Part shown: one piece after another, positions 49,487-59,051 of the stretch
Position numbering within the stretch: position 1 is the stretch's first letter
Layout of the letters: every line of letters begins with the position of its first letter
Source: Actinomycetes bacterium
Lineage (GTDB): Bacteria > Actinomycetota > Acidimicrobiia > Acidimicrobiales > RAAP-2
Direction of reading: 5' to 3'
DNA length: 64,000 nucleotides
Assembly (NCBI GenBank): GCA_021823525.1
Contig: JAKANY010000005.1
Coordinates: 861-64,860 of the forward strand
Program-made: the position numbers and the translations under genes
Notes under the pieces: model-generated
The model's database searches: none
What the model was told of the DNA's origin: nothing
Seen by the model: only the letters and a program-made list of their open reading frames with translations

Positions 49487-49693
49487 ATGTCCTTCACCCT
49501 GCGCACCGATGGGGAGTTGGAGCACGCCCTCGACGCGCTGAGCGCGCGCGAGAACTCGTCGCGCCAGGCCGTCGTGCGACGCGCCATCCTCGCGTACTAC
49601 GCCGCCCACGAGCACGACGCGGCGGTCCACGACGCCGCCGAAGCGATGCTGGAGCGCTGGCACGACGTCCTCGACCGCCTGGCCGACGCGTAG
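49487..49693 (+). CDS. RHH/CopG antitoxin
   Basis: MSFTLRTD..L..AL..L...E..SRQ.VVRRAI; extended -10 TGGTATCAT 6 nt before the ATG. Confidence 0.8.
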   Translation: MSFTLRTDGELEHALDALSARENSSRQAVVRRAILAYYAAHEHDAAVHDAAEAMLERWHDVLDRLADA

Positions 49694-50074
49694 GTGGCGA
49701 CGACCCTCTCGCTTCGCGACGCCCTCTCCCTGATCGAGCTCCTCGGCGTCGGACCGGTGCGCGACGCGGGGCTCCTCGACTCGGCCCTGGCGCGGCCGCG
49801 CGCGCACTTCGCCGGCCACGATCTGTATCCCACGCTCCACGAGAAGGCGGCAGCCCTGCTGCACTCGCTGGTCGCCAACCGCGCTCTCGTCGATGGCAAT
49901 AAGCGTCTGGCGTGGCTGGCGACCACCGTCTTCCTGGCGCTCAATGGGGCCCCCTGCGCGCTGAGCGATCGGGACGCGTTCTCGCTGGTTCTCGACGTCG
50001 CCACGGGCCACGGCGAGATCGGGGACATCGCGGCGCGCCTCGCCGGCACTGAGGCACCCGATGGGCGCCCGTGA
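49694..50074 (+). CDS. Fic/Doc family toxin (catalytic His replaced by Arg)
   Basis: VRDAGLLDSALARP, YPTLHEKAAALLHSL, NRALVDGNKR. Confidence 0.88.
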   Translation: MATTLSLRDALSLIELLGVGPVRDAGLLDSALARPRAHFAGHDLYPTLHEKAAALLHSLVANRALVDGNKRLAWLATTVFLALNGAPCALSDRDAFSLVLDVATGHGEIGDIAARLAGTEAPDGRP

Positions 50075-50131
50075 CGCTCGGGCGTGACGCCGCGGCGAGG
50101 GGGTCACGACACCGGCATGCGCGACGACGTC

Positions 50132-50707
50132 CTAGCGGGTGCGACGCACGCGCCCGCGGCCCGACTGCCCCCACGGGATCGCGGGGAGAACGGCCAGCAC
50201 CACGAGCAGGACGACCTGCAGGGCGATCCACCACGGCTCGCCCCAGACGTTGGCGAGGGCCGAGCGCACCTGGGACTCGATGACGATGGTCGTCGAGACG
50301 TAGAGCGTGTAGGTGACCAGTCGACCGGCGAGGAAGCCCAGGCAGAGGAGTCCGAGCGGCAGGTCGAGCATCCCCGCCGCACCGAAGAGCTGGGCCGAGG
50401 GCAGCGGCGAGATGACGAACAGCGTCACGAGGGTGGCCACGACGCTGCGCCGCCCCACGAGGCGCGCTTCCAGGGCCGCGAGGTTGGCGCGTGAGGACGC
50501 GGGAAAGACGCCACGCACGCGGCGGGCGCCCGTGGCCAGCACGAAGCGCCCCGCCGTCGCCGCCAGCGCGCCCAGCCCGACCAGAGCGACCGGATCGAGG
50601 TGCCAGCGAAGGCGCGCGTAGACCAGCACGGACCAGGTGGGCGGACCAAAGGCCGGCAGGAGGTTCACCCCGAAGACGACGCCGACCAGTGCGAGGTAGC
50701 GCACCAT
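50132..50707 (-). CDS. Hypothetical membrane protein (DedA/VTT-like)
   Basis: Several TM helices, NLLPAFGPPTW and SPLPSAQLF re-entrant-like motifs. Confidence 0.7.
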   Translation of the reverse strand: MVRYLALVGVVFGVNLLPAFGPPTWSVLVYARLRWHLDPVALVGLGALAATAGRFVLATGARRVRGVFPASSRANLAALEARLVGRRSVVATLVTLFVISPLPSAQLFGAAGMLDLPLGLLCLGFLAGRLVTYTLYVSTTIVIESQVRSALANVWGEPWWIALQVVLLVVLAVLPAIPWGQSGRGRVRRTR

Positions 50708-50852
50708 CTCAGTAGAGCACGCGGCGCGAGAGACGGCCGCGTGCCGGAGTCCGAGTCACGCCGGTCACGACACCCGACTGGCGCACCGGACCCATCGACG
50801 CGCCGAGGGAGGTCACCACGAAGCGCCCGCCGTCCGAGCTCTCGCGGAGTCC

Positions 50853-51110
50853 TCAGCGGTCCACGTCGCGTCGATGGCCCAATGTGACGACGACGATCAG
50901 CAGGACGTCGTCAGTGACCGTGTAGATCACGCGATAGTCGCCGATGCGAACGCGGTAGCCCGGTCGACCCGTGAGAGGTCGCGACGCCGGCGGTCGAGGG
51001 TCCTGGGCCAGGAGGGCGATGGCGCCCGCGATGCGAGGACGGACGTTGGGGTCGAGCTTGCGCAGCGCGCGAAGTGCGGCGGGGCGAAGCTCGACCCGGT
51101 AGCGACTCAC
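50853..51110 (-). CDS. RelE/ParE family toxin
   Basis: YRVEL..AA.RALRKL, GYRVRIGDYRVIY, LGHRRDV. Confidence 0.93.
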   Translation of the reverse strand: MSRYRVELRPAALRALRKLDPNVRPRIAGAIALLAQDPRPPASRPLTGRPGYRVRIGDYRVIYTVTDDVLLIVVVTLGHRRDVDR

Positions 51111-51355
51111 CGCCAGCCGAGATCGGACCGAACCTGCTCCCAGGGGATGTTGGGGCCCTCTTCGGCCAGGGCGGCGTCGAAGGCGGCGATGTCCTGGGCC
51201 TCTTCGAAGCCATCGAGGAGCTGCTCGTAGCGCTCGACGCTCACGACCACGGCCGCTGGCCGACCGTAGCGCTCCAGGACGACAGCCTCGGACTGGGCCT
51301 CGTCAAGCACGCGGGCCAGATTCTCACGCGCCTCACTGACATTGATCGTGCCCAC
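51107..51355 (-). CDS. Phd/YefM family antitoxin
   Basis: (M)GTINVSEARENL..V...A..E.V...RYGRP.AVVVS; GTG 51355 lies 6 nt after TACAAT. Confidence 0.92.
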   Translation of the reverse strand: MGTINVSEARENLARVLDEAQSEAVVLERYGRPAAVVVSVERYEQLLDGFEEAQDIAAFDAALAEEGPNIPWEQVRSDLGWR

Positions 51356-51360
51356 GCCGG

Positions 51361-51392
51361 TATTGTACAATATACCTGAAAGTTCTGTACAA
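51361..51392. promoter_or_regulatory. Promoter/operator with two TGTACA cores
   Basis: Perfect palindrome TATTGTACAATA (51361-51372) and a second TGTACA (51386-51391), overlapping the candidate -10 (TACAAT) and -35 (TTGTAC). Confidence 0.75.
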
Positions 51393-51737
51393 GATGGCGG
51401 GTCACGAACCGTCGCGTCGCCCGCGGCGTGGTGGCGCTCGACCCTCCCTGCGAGCACGGCCCCCATCGCGCGGGCCTCCCGCGACGATCACACTCCCAGG
51501 GCCGCCCCGAAGACGGACGTGGCTCAGCGCGCGGCGCCGCGTGCCCGCAGGTGGGGAAGCGGCCACGCGCCGCGCGAAGGTCCGCGCGTGACGCCGAGTC
51601 ATCGCGAAGGAGCGCGCCCTCAGGAGAGCACGCAGCGAGCCGCGGTCGCCCCGCGAGGACACCGTGGCGACGATGCCCAGCCCTCGATGCAGTGTTCCCC
51701 GCCGCACGAGATACCGCGCGAGAGCATTCGTCGTCGC

Positions 51738-54122
51738 TCAGCGCAGGGATGCCGTTGCCAGGGCGACGCGGAAGCTGCGACGCTCGGTCACCGTCGCGGA
51801 TTGCAGTGCGATCCAGCCCACGATCGCTCGGCGAGCAAAGGAGGGGACACGCCAGGTGCACGTGAGGGCACCGCGCGCATCGTGCGCGCGCGCGCGTGGG
51901 GGGATCGCGTGTCCGGCACTGCCCGCCGCGCACGACCCCAGAAGGTCAGCGAGGCCGGCGGGCCGCGGCACGAGGGTGACCACGAGCAGGTCTCCCGGGA
52001 CTGGACGGGCGACCGGGCGCCCGGCGGCGCTGCGCGCTCGCACCTGCAGCACTGCGCCGGTGAGCGACATCGGCGAGGTGGGCGTCGTCACCGCCGCCAC
52101 GATCGACGACAAGGGTGCGCGCACGACACCCTGTCCGTAGGTGGCGAGGTAGAGGTCGCCGCCACTGACCACCGCCTGATGGACGAAGCGCGCACGCAGG
52201 TCGCCCGAGACATCGACCCAGGGCGTCTGTCCCGGAATCTGGGCGAAGACCCCGTCGGTCGTGGACGCGATCAGCACCGTCGTCGCACCCGACGTCGCCG
52301 TCGTCAGCGACTCGACCGCCGGCCAGAGCTCCGATGCGAGCACCGTGGGAAGGACGGGCAGGCCCTCGCTGTCGGACTGGAAGGTCACGCCGCCGTCGTG
52401 GCTCACGACGACGCCGGCGTTCGTCCCCACGAAGACGTCGCCAGCGAGAAACGCCACGCTGGACGGGAACGACCCGATGTCGACGGTCTGCCACGTCGAC
52501 CCACCGTCGCTCGTGACGTGGAGCTCGCCCGAGGTCGGGTACGCGTTGGCGTCGTGGGTGCCCACGAGGATGTGGGACGCATTGGCCGGATCGATGGCGA
52601 CCAGATCAGCGTTCGTCATTGGCCATCCGGTCAACGCCCACGTCGCCCCGCCGTCGTGGGTCGCGACGACACCGGCGTTCGTCGCCACGTCGACCGTCGA
52701 GGGATCGAGCGGGCTGATGGCGACCGTCTGGTCGCCCGGGGCGAACGTGTCCACGTTGGCGACCGAGGTCCAGGTGTGCCCCCCGTCACTCGACCAGGTG
52801 AGGCCGTCGGCCGTCCCGATGCCGTAGACGTTGCTCGGCTGACTGGGACTGAAGACGAGGTCGCCGTTCTCACCTCCGGCGGCCGTCAGCATCTGCCACG
52901 TCGCCCCACCGTCGAAGCTGGCGATGATCGAGAAGTCCTGCTCGCGCGCCAGGATCGTCGAGCCACTGACGGCGACGGCGTAGGTGAGCCCGGTCGTGAG
53001 GTCCCCGTTGAGGCTCGCCCACGCGGCGCCCTGTTCGGTCATGCGGTAGAGGCCCTGGTCGGTCACGACGAGCATGGCGCCCGCGACTCCCGGGTCGGGC
53101 ACGAGTCCCCAGATGTCCAGGCCCACACCCGTGCCCGTGAAGGTCTGGCCCCCATCGGTGGAGACGGTGAGCACCTCGTCGCCACCGATGTAGACCGTCG
53201 AGGCGTTCGCGGGGTCCAGGGCGATGGTGCGGACCGTGAAGTGGGCGTTGATGGGGTTGACCGCGAAGGTGAGGGGCGTCCACGTCACGCCCCCGTCGCT
53301 CGTGCGAAACGCCTGGCTGGTGCCGGCCGCCGCGCCGTAGGCGACGGCCGGGTCCGTCGGGTCGATGGCCAGGGCGGACCAGCCGATGGGCGGTGACGTC
53401 GGGGCGGCCACTACGCGAAAATCGCGTCCCGTCCCCACGAGCACGGCGCCACTGAACTCCCCGGCCATCACCTCGCCGCCACCGGCAGCCACGGCGGTGA
53501 CCTCGGACGTCCCGGGCACGAGTTGCCAGGTGACACCCCCGTCGCTCGAGGTCAGCAGCCCACCGTCGCCGCCCACGTAGATCGTGTCACCGAGCGCGAC
53601 GATCGCGCGCTGGGCCCCGCTCGCGACGCGCGTCCACGCGCCACCGCTCGTGGTGGTGCGAAACAGACCATCGGTCGTCGCGCACAGCAGGATCGTGGGG
53701 TCCTGGGGATCGATCCACAGGCTCGCAATCGACGTCGACGTGAGACCCGCGTCGAGAGGAGTCCAGGTCGTGCCCCCGTCGGTGGTGCCAAAGACACCCG
53801 CACCGCTGGGACCCCCGCCCCACCACATCCCCCCACCCGCGCCGACGTACATCACCGACGGGTTCGACGGGTCCACCGCGACCGTCGTGACCTCTCCGGC
53901 GGCCGGCAGTCCGAGGGTCGCCGGCGACGCGTTGACGCCCTGGGGTCCGAATCCGATGAGGAGGTTCGGCACCGCGCGGGGGCCGAGCTCCTGCCAGGTG
54001 ACGCGGGCACTGGCGTGCGTCGACGCCGTGGCGTCGCCCGGGGACCAGCCCGCGACCCCGCCCGCCGTCAACAGCATCACGACGAGCAGACCAGTGCGCC
54101 AGCAGTGCGTCCGCCCGCTCAC
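51738..54122 (-). CDS. Secreted Asp-box (BNR) beta-propeller protein, GH74/Vps10-like
   Basis: Signal-like N-terminus and about ten S/T-x-D-G-G-x-T-W/F repeats; start uncertain. Confidence 0.8.
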   Translation of the reverse strand: MSGRTHCWRTGLLVVMLLTAGGVAGWSPGDATASTHASARVTWQELGPRAVPNLLIGFGPQGVNASPATLGLPAAGEVTTVAVDPSNPSVMYVGAGGGMWWGGGPSGAGVFGTTDGGTTWTPLDAGLTSTSIASLWIDPQDPTILLCATTDGLFRTTTSGGAWTRVASGAQRAIVALGDTIYVGGDGGLLTSSDGGVTWQLVPGTSEVTAVAAGGGEVMAGEFSGAVLVGTGRDFRVVAAPTSPPIGWSALAIDPTDPAVAYGAAAGTSQAFRTSDGGVTWTPLTFAVNPINAHFTVRTIALDPANASTVYIGGDEVLTVSTDGGQTFTGTGVGLDIWGLVPDPGVAGAMLVVTDQGLYRMTEQGAAWASLNGDLTTGLTYAVAVSGSTILAREQDFSIIASFDGGATWQMLTAAGGENGDLVFSPSQPSNVYGIGTADGLTWSSDGGHTWTSVANVDTFAPGDQTVAISPLDPSTVDVATNAGVVATHDGGATWALTGWPMTNADLVAIDPANASHILVGTHDANAYPTSGELHVTSDGGSTWQTVDIGSFPSSVAFLAGDVFVGTNAGVVVSHDGGVTFQSDSEGLPVLPTVLASELWPAVESLTTATSGATTVLIASTTDGVFAQIPGQTPWVDVSGDLRARFVHQAVVSGGDLYLATYGQGVVRAPLSSIVAAVTTPTSPMSLTGAVLQVRARSAAGRPVARPVPGDLLVVTLVPRPAGLADLLGSCAAGSAGHAIPPRARAHDARGALTCTWRVPSFARRAIVGWIALQSATVTERRSFRVALATASLR

Positions 54123-54201
54123 GCGGACCGGACGCCTCTTGTCACCACCAGGAAACACCGCTCCCGACGCTAGCGACGCGCACCTGCGCCAGCAAGGAGT
54201 C

Positions 54202-54924
54202 CTAGTGCGCGATCCCCAGCGCGCGCAGGTAGGGAGCGGCGATCGCGCGCTGCGCGCGCGAGGGGGCGAGCGTGAGGAACATGCGCAGCTGGGCGCGAGC
54301 CGTCGCCGCATTGCCCGGCGTCGAGGATGCCGCGATCCCCAGATACAGGTGGGGCGCGGGATCCTGCGGCGCCACCTCGACGGCCCGGCGCAAGGTGGCC
54401 AGGCCCGCGCGCACCGCGGCCACGTCGTGGGCCGCGCTGCCCGCCGAGAAATCCAGCCAGCCGCTCTGCGTGAGGGCGACCACGTCGTCGGGCGCGATCG
54501 CGAGGACCTGGGCGTAGGCGGCGAGGGCGGTGACCTCGTGGCCACCCGCGGCGTCGGCCTGGGCCGCCGCGAGCAGCTGGGCGACACGCTGGGCGCGCGA
54601 GAGGCTGAGCCCTCCGGTGATCGAGCTGCCCGGCTGGCGCAGGGCGAGCGCGCCCACCAGCGTCAGCGCGACCGCCCCCGCGACCGCCACCCCGGCGACG
54701 ACCAGCCACACCCGCCGGCGGCGGCGCGCCGCGCGCGGCGTGCGCGATGCCGCGGGAGGCGCGGCGACGGGCAGGCGTGCGCGCAGCTCGGCCAGCGCGG
54801 CCAGCTCGCGCCCCTCGATGCGCGCGAGACCCGCGTCGTCGAGGTCGCCCGCCGCGTGCTCGGCGCGCGCGTCGGCGAGCGACGCCTCGCGCAGGGCGAT
54901 CTCGTCGGCCAGCCGGTCGCTCAT
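54202..54924 (-). CDS. ccmI: TPR protein, CcmI/CycH-like
   Basis: A..DA.AEHAAGDLDD N-terminus, TM helix, TPR repeats; ATG 54924 overlaps the ccmH stop. Confidence 0.75.
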   Translation of the reverse strand: MSDRLADEIALREASLADARAEHAAGDLDDAGLARIEGRELAALAELRARLPVAAPPAASRTPRAARRRRRVWLVVAGVAVAGAVALTLVGALALRQPGSSITGGLSLSRAQRVAQLLAAAQADAAGGHEVTALAAYAQVLAIAPDDVVALTQSGWLDFSAGSAAHDVAAVRAGLATLRRAVEVAPQDPAPHLYLGIAASSTPGNAATARAQLRMFLTLAPSRAQRAIAAPYLRALGIAH

Positions 54925-55307
54925 CGCCGTCGCCGCCAGCGCCAGGCGAAGGCACCGAGGGCCGCGAGGACGAGGGCGAGCGGCCCGGCCCACAGCAGCG
55001 CTCCCAGTCCCCGAGTCGGGGGGCTCAGCAGGATGCTCGGGCCGTAGGCGGTCTCGAGCGAGGTGAGGATCGACGCGTCGGACTGGCCGCGCGCGACGTC
55101 GCGGGCGATCGCGCGGCGCACGGCGAGCGCCGTGGGCGCGCTCGACTGGGCGACCGAGAGGTCCTCGCAGCTCGGGCAGCGCACCAGCGTCTCGAGGTGG
55201 GCGACGCGCGCGGCGCGCGAGGGCGTGCGCGGGCTGAGCACCAGGGTCACGGCGGCCAGGACCACGACGGCGACCCCGAACAGCCAGGGCGAGCGCAGCG
55301 CCCTCAC
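54921..55307 (-). CDS. ccmH: Cytochrome c biogenesis protein CcmH
   Basis: VRCPSCEDLSVAQS, YGPSILLSP. Confidence 0.9.
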   Translation of the reverse strand: MRALRSPWLFGVAVVVLAAVTLVLSPRTPSRAARVAHLETLVRCPSCEDLSVAQSSAPTALAVRRAIARDVARGQSDASILTSLETAYGPSILLSPPTRGLGALLWAGPLALVLAALGAFAWRWRRRR

Positions 55308-55834
55308 GCGCGCACCCGGGCGACCGCGCGGCGCAGCTGGGCCGCGCTCACCGGGCCGAGCAGCTCGGCGGCGACGGTGCCGCGCGGGCCGATGACGTAG
55401 GTCGTGGGCGGCGAGGTCACCCCGTAGCGGTTGGCGATCGCCCCGCCCGGGTCGATGACCGAGGGGTAGAGCGAGCCGTAGTGACGGCTGAAGGCGCGCG
55501 CGGCGCCCACCGTGTCGTCAAAGACCACCCCCACCACCTCGACCCCCCGGTGGCGCATCGACCACGCGAAGGTGGACAGCTCGGGCGCCTCGGCGACGCA
55601 CGGCCCGCACCACGAGGCCCAGAAGCTCACCACCACCACGCGGCCACGCTGAGCGGCGAGGTCGAAGCGGCCCCCCGAGAGCTCGGCACCCACCAGGGCG
55701 GGCGCCGGGCGCCCGAGCAGGGGGCTCGGGGCGCTCGTCGCCTCGCTCACCGGGTGGCGGGTGGCGAGCAGCACCGACAGCCCCACGACCAGGACCAGCG
55801 CCACCGCGGCCGCGACCCGCACCGCGCGCCTCAC
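55304..55834 (-). CDS. ccmG: TlpA/CcmG thiol-disulfide oxidoreductase
   Basis: FWASWCGPC, YGVTSPPTT; position within the ccm operon. Confidence 0.88.
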   Translation of the reverse strand: MRRAVRVAAAVALVLVVGLSVLLATRHPVSEATSAPSPLLGRPAPALVGAELSGGRFDLAAQRGRVVVVSFWASWCGPCVAEAPELSTFAWSMRHRGVEVVGVVFDDTVGAARAFSRHYGSLYPSVIDPGGAIANRYGVTSPPTTYVIGPRGTVAAELLGPVSAAQLRRAVARVRA

Positions 55835-57783
55835 GCGGCCTCCCCGTGATGCCGGCGCACCAGGGCGACCGCGCTACCCAGGCCGATCAGCAGCCCGCCG
55901 ATCCACAGCCAGCTGAGGAGGGGCTCGACGGTCACCCCGAGCGCGACCGCCCCGGGGGGCAGGGTGCCCGCGACCTGGGCGCCCGAGGTCGCACCCGAGC
56001 CCCCGATGGCGTCGAAGGTCACGTAGACGTCGCGCAGCAAGTTCGAGTCGATCGCCGGGGTGCCCACGGGCTGGGAGGCGCGCCCGACGTACGTGGTGAC
56101 CGCCGGATGCAGCGTCGCGCCATCGACGCTCACCACGAGCTGGGTCGCGCTGGCCAGCGCCGTGCGCACCTGGCGCAGGCCGTGGTAGCCGACGAGCTGG
56201 CCGTCGACGAGCGTGCGCTGGCCCGGGCGCAAGGCGACCTCGGTGCGCTGGGCGTAGCTGGTCGAGGTCACGATCCCCACCGCGAGCACCACGACACCGA
56301 GATGCGTCACCATGCCCCCCGTCGAGGGTGCCCGCAGCATGCGCCACGCCGCGCCGCGGCGCCGCGCCGCGCTCCACGCCCCGCGCAGGCCGCGCAGGGC
56401 CGCCCCGGCGGCCACGACCGCGAGCAGGTAGGCGAGCAGGTCGCGCCAGCGCCGTACGCCAAGGCCGACCAGCACCGCGTCGAGGGCCAGGCCCGTCCAG
56501 GCTGCCAGGCGCACCCGTTCCCAGAGCACGCGCGGCGCGTGCTGGCGCCACGGCACGAGCGGCGCGATCGCCATCAGGGCGAGCGTCGCGATCGCGGCGG
56601 GCGCGACGACCGCCGCGAAGTACGGGGTGCCCACGGTGACCGCGACGCCGTTGACCGCCTGGTAGAGGAGGGGGAAGACCGTCCCGAGCAGCACCACGAG
56701 GGCCACGCCCACGAAGAGCACGTTGTTCAGGAGGAAGAGGCCCTCGCGCGAGAGCGGGTGGTCGACCCCGACCGGGCTGCGCAGGCGGTCCCCGCGCGCC
56801 ACCAGCAGCGCCGCGCCGCCCCCCGCGGCCAGCGCGAACAGCCCGATGAGGAGGGGACCGAGGGTGGACGAGCTGAAGGCGTGCACGCTCTGGAGGACCC
56901 CCGAGCGGGTGAAGAAGGTGGCCAGCACCGTCAGGGCGAAGGTCGCGATCGCCAGGGCCAGGTTCCACACCCGCAGCAGGCCACGCCGGTCCTGGACGAT
57001 CGTCGAGTGCAGGTAGGCCGTCCCGGTCAGCCACGGCAGCAGGGCGGCGTTCTCGACCGGGTCCCAGCCCCAGAACCCGCCCCAGCCCAGCACCTGGTAG
57101 CTCCACCACGCCCCGAGCACGATGCCCACGCTGAGGCTCCCCCAGGCCAGCACCGCGAAGCGGCGCTGGCGGCGCAGCCAGTCCTCGCCGACGCGCCCGG
57201 TCGCGAGCTGGCCGATGGCGAAGGCGAAGGGCACCGCGAAGCCCACGAAGCCCAGGTAGAGCAGGGGCGGGTGGATGGCGACGAGCGGGTTGTCCTGGAG
57301 CAGGGCGTTGGGCCCGGCCCCCTGGCGCAGGGCGACGGGGCTCGTGAGGAACGGATCGGCCGGCAGCACGAGCAGGTAGGTGAAGAAGGCACTCACCAGG
57401 CCCAGGACGCCCGTCGCGACGCGTACCACGTCGTCACGGGCCCGCGACGCGTTGGCCAGCACCACGGCCACCACCAGCGCGTCGAGCAGCAGCACCCACA
57501 GCAGCAGCGAACCCTCGAGAGCCGACCACAGGCCCGTCACCGAGTAGAGCAGCGGCGTGACCGTGGCGTTGTTGGCCGCCACGTAGGCCAGGGAGAAGTC
57601 GTGGGTGATCAGGGCAGTCTCCAGGGCCCCGACCGCGAGCGCGACGCCCCCGAGGGCCAAGAGCGCGAGCCCCCGGGCGTGGCCGCGCCGGTCGCGCCGC
57701 CAGGCGACGGCCTGGTCGAGGGCGAGGGCCAGCGAGGCCGCGAGGGCGAGGCCGGTCCCGAGGCGGCCGAGCAGCGCGATCAT
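55831..57783 (-). CDS. ccmF: Cytochrome c heme lyase CcmF
   Basis: WSALEGSLLLW, IHPPLLYLG, WGGFWGWDPVEN, RSGVLQSVHAF. Confidence 0.96.
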   Translation of the reverse strand: MIALLGRLGTGLALAASLALALDQAVAWRRDRRGHARGLALLALGGVALAVGALETALITHDFSLAYVAANNATVTPLLYSVTGLWSALEGSLLLWVLLLDALVVAVVLANASRARDDVVRVATGVLGLVSAFFTYLLVLPADPFLTSPVALRQGAGPNALLQDNPLVAIHPPLLYLGFVGFAVPFAFAIGQLATGRVGEDWLRRQRRFAVLAWGSLSVGIVLGAWWSYQVLGWGGFWGWDPVENAALLPWLTGTAYLHSTIVQDRRGLLRVWNLALAIATFALTVLATFFTRSGVLQSVHAFSSSTLGPLLIGLFALAAGGGAALLVARGDRLRSPVGVDHPLSREGLFLLNNVLFVGVALVVLLGTVFPLLYQAVNGVAVTVGTPYFAAVVAPAAIATLALMAIAPLVPWRQHAPRVLWERVRLAAWTGLALDAVLVGLGVRRWRDLLAYLLAVVAAGAALRGLRGAWSAARRRGAAWRMLRAPSTGGMVTHLGVVVLAVGIVTSTSYAQRTEVALRPGQRTLVDGQLVGYHGLRQVRTALASATQLVVSVDGATLHPAVTTYVGRASQPVGTPAIDSNLLRDVYVTFDAIGGSGATSGAQVAGTLPPGAVALGVTVEPLLSWLWIGGLLIGLGSAVALVRRHHGEAA

Positions 57784-58253
57784 CGCACCGAGCCGTTGGG
57801 CGCGCGCACCCGCGACGGGTGCGCCGCGATGTACTGCGCGGTGTGCTTGACCAGGATCTGGGTCCCGGTGAAGACCCGCGCGGTGGCGCTGGCGAAGTGG
57901 CCCACCACGACGACGGGGATGTTGGGCCCGAACAGCTCGGGCGGCGCGCCCGACTCGTGGACCGGGATGGACCCGCGCGAGCCGGTCACGACGAAGTTCG
58001 CGCCCAGCGCCGTGCGCTCGATGGAGTGGGGCGCGACGAGCCCCTCGAGGCGCACCTCGTGGCTGCCGAGACTCGCCCGGCTGGCCAGCACCTGGTCGAC
58101 GGTCTCGAAGTAGTTGAGGTTGCTCAGCAGCCCCTGGCTGAGCAGCAGCACGATCAGGCCCGCCAGCACCACCAGGACGACCAGCGTGCGCCGGCGCGAG
58201 CGGTCGGGCGCCGGCGGCGGCGCGACCGGCGCGAGCGGGTCAGCGACGCTCAC
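57780..58253 (-). CDS. ccmE: Heme chaperone CcmE
   Basis: TM anchor, RLEGLV..S, PPELF, ILVKHTAQY (HxxxY). Confidence 0.9.
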   Translation of the reverse strand: MSVADPLAPVAPPPAPDRSRRRTLVVLVVLAGLIVLLLSQGLLSNLNYFETVDQVLASRASLGSHEVRLEGLVAPHSIERTALGANFVVTGSRGSIPVHESGAPPELFGPNIPVVVVGHFASATARVFTGTQILVKHTAQYIAAHPSRVRAPNGSVR

Positions 58254-58335
58254 GGCGGCCCCGCCAGACCAGCGAGAGCGCGTAGAGCCCGATGCCCCCC
58301 AGGGCGGCCGCGTAGCCGGCCAGGACGTAGCTCAC
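58240..58335 (-). CDS. ccmD: Heme exporter protein CcmD (31 aa)
   Basis: (M)SYVLAGYAAALGGIGLYALSLVWRGRRERR, hydrophobic then basic, between ccmC and ccmE with overlaps on both sides. Confidence 0.8.
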   Translation of the reverse strand: MSYVLAGYAAALGGIGLYALSLVWRGRRERR

Positions 58336-59051
58336 GGACGCCCCTCGAGCACGCGGGCGGCCAGCGCCGCGGTGAGGTCGTCGGACTCCCGGCGCGCGCG
58401 GGCCACCTCGAGGCGGTAGCGGGCGCGCAGCAGCCAGAGGTAGGCGAGCGAGAAGGCGACGAAGCTGAGCAGCAGCGTCCAGGCCATCAGCCCGTGGATC
58501 TTCAAGGTGTGGTTCGCGGTGAAGACCGTCGCGCCCTGGTGGAGCGTCTTCCACCACAGCACCGAGAAGTGGATGATGGGCACGTTGATCGCGGCCACCA
58601 GCGCGAAGACGGCGCTGCGCGTGGCGCGGCGCTGCGGGTCGTCGTTGGCGCGCCGCAGCGCGAGGTAGCCCGCGGCCAGCACCCCGAGGATGGCCGTCGA
58701 GGTCAGCCGGGCGTCCCAGGCCCACCACACCCCCCAGGTCGGGCGGCCCCAGATCGAGCCGGTCACCAGGGTGAGCACGATGAACACCAGGCTCACCTCC
58801 ATGGCGCTCACCGCCACCCGGTCCAGGGTCACCGAGCGCGTGCGCCGCCACAGGTAGAGCGCCGAGGCGATGGTCGCGGTGCCAAAGGAGAGGTACAGCG
58901 CGACCCAGGCGACGGCCGGGTGGACGTAGACCAGGCGCGCGAGGTTCCCCTGGACCCGGTCGGGCGGCGTCACCACCAGGCCCAGCCACACCGTCAGGGC
59001 GAGCAGCGCGAGGGTCGCGGGTCCGAGCAGTCGCGCCAGCGTCCGGTGCAT
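58332..59051 (-). CDS. ccmC: Heme exporter protein CcmC
   Basis: YVHPAVAW, GSIWGRPTWGVWWAWDARLT (WWD domain), IHFSV.WW.TLHQ. Confidence 0.95.
   Translation of the reverse strand: MHRTLARLLGPATLALLALTVWLGLVVTPPDRVQGNLARLVYVHPAVAWVALYLSFGTATIASALYLWRRTRSVTLDRVAVSAMEVSLVFIVLTLVTGSIWGRPTWGVWWAWDARLTSTAILGVLAAGYLALRRANDDPQRRATRSAVFALVAAINVPIIHFSVLWWKTLHQGATVFTANHTLKIHGLMAWTLLLSFVAFSLAYLWLLRARYRLEVARARRESDDLTAALAARVLEGRP

Noticed and set aside
51400-51737. About 340-nt gap between phd and the propeller gene considered as riboswitch or ncRNA
   Set aside because: No recognisable conserved motif; the ORFs there look random.
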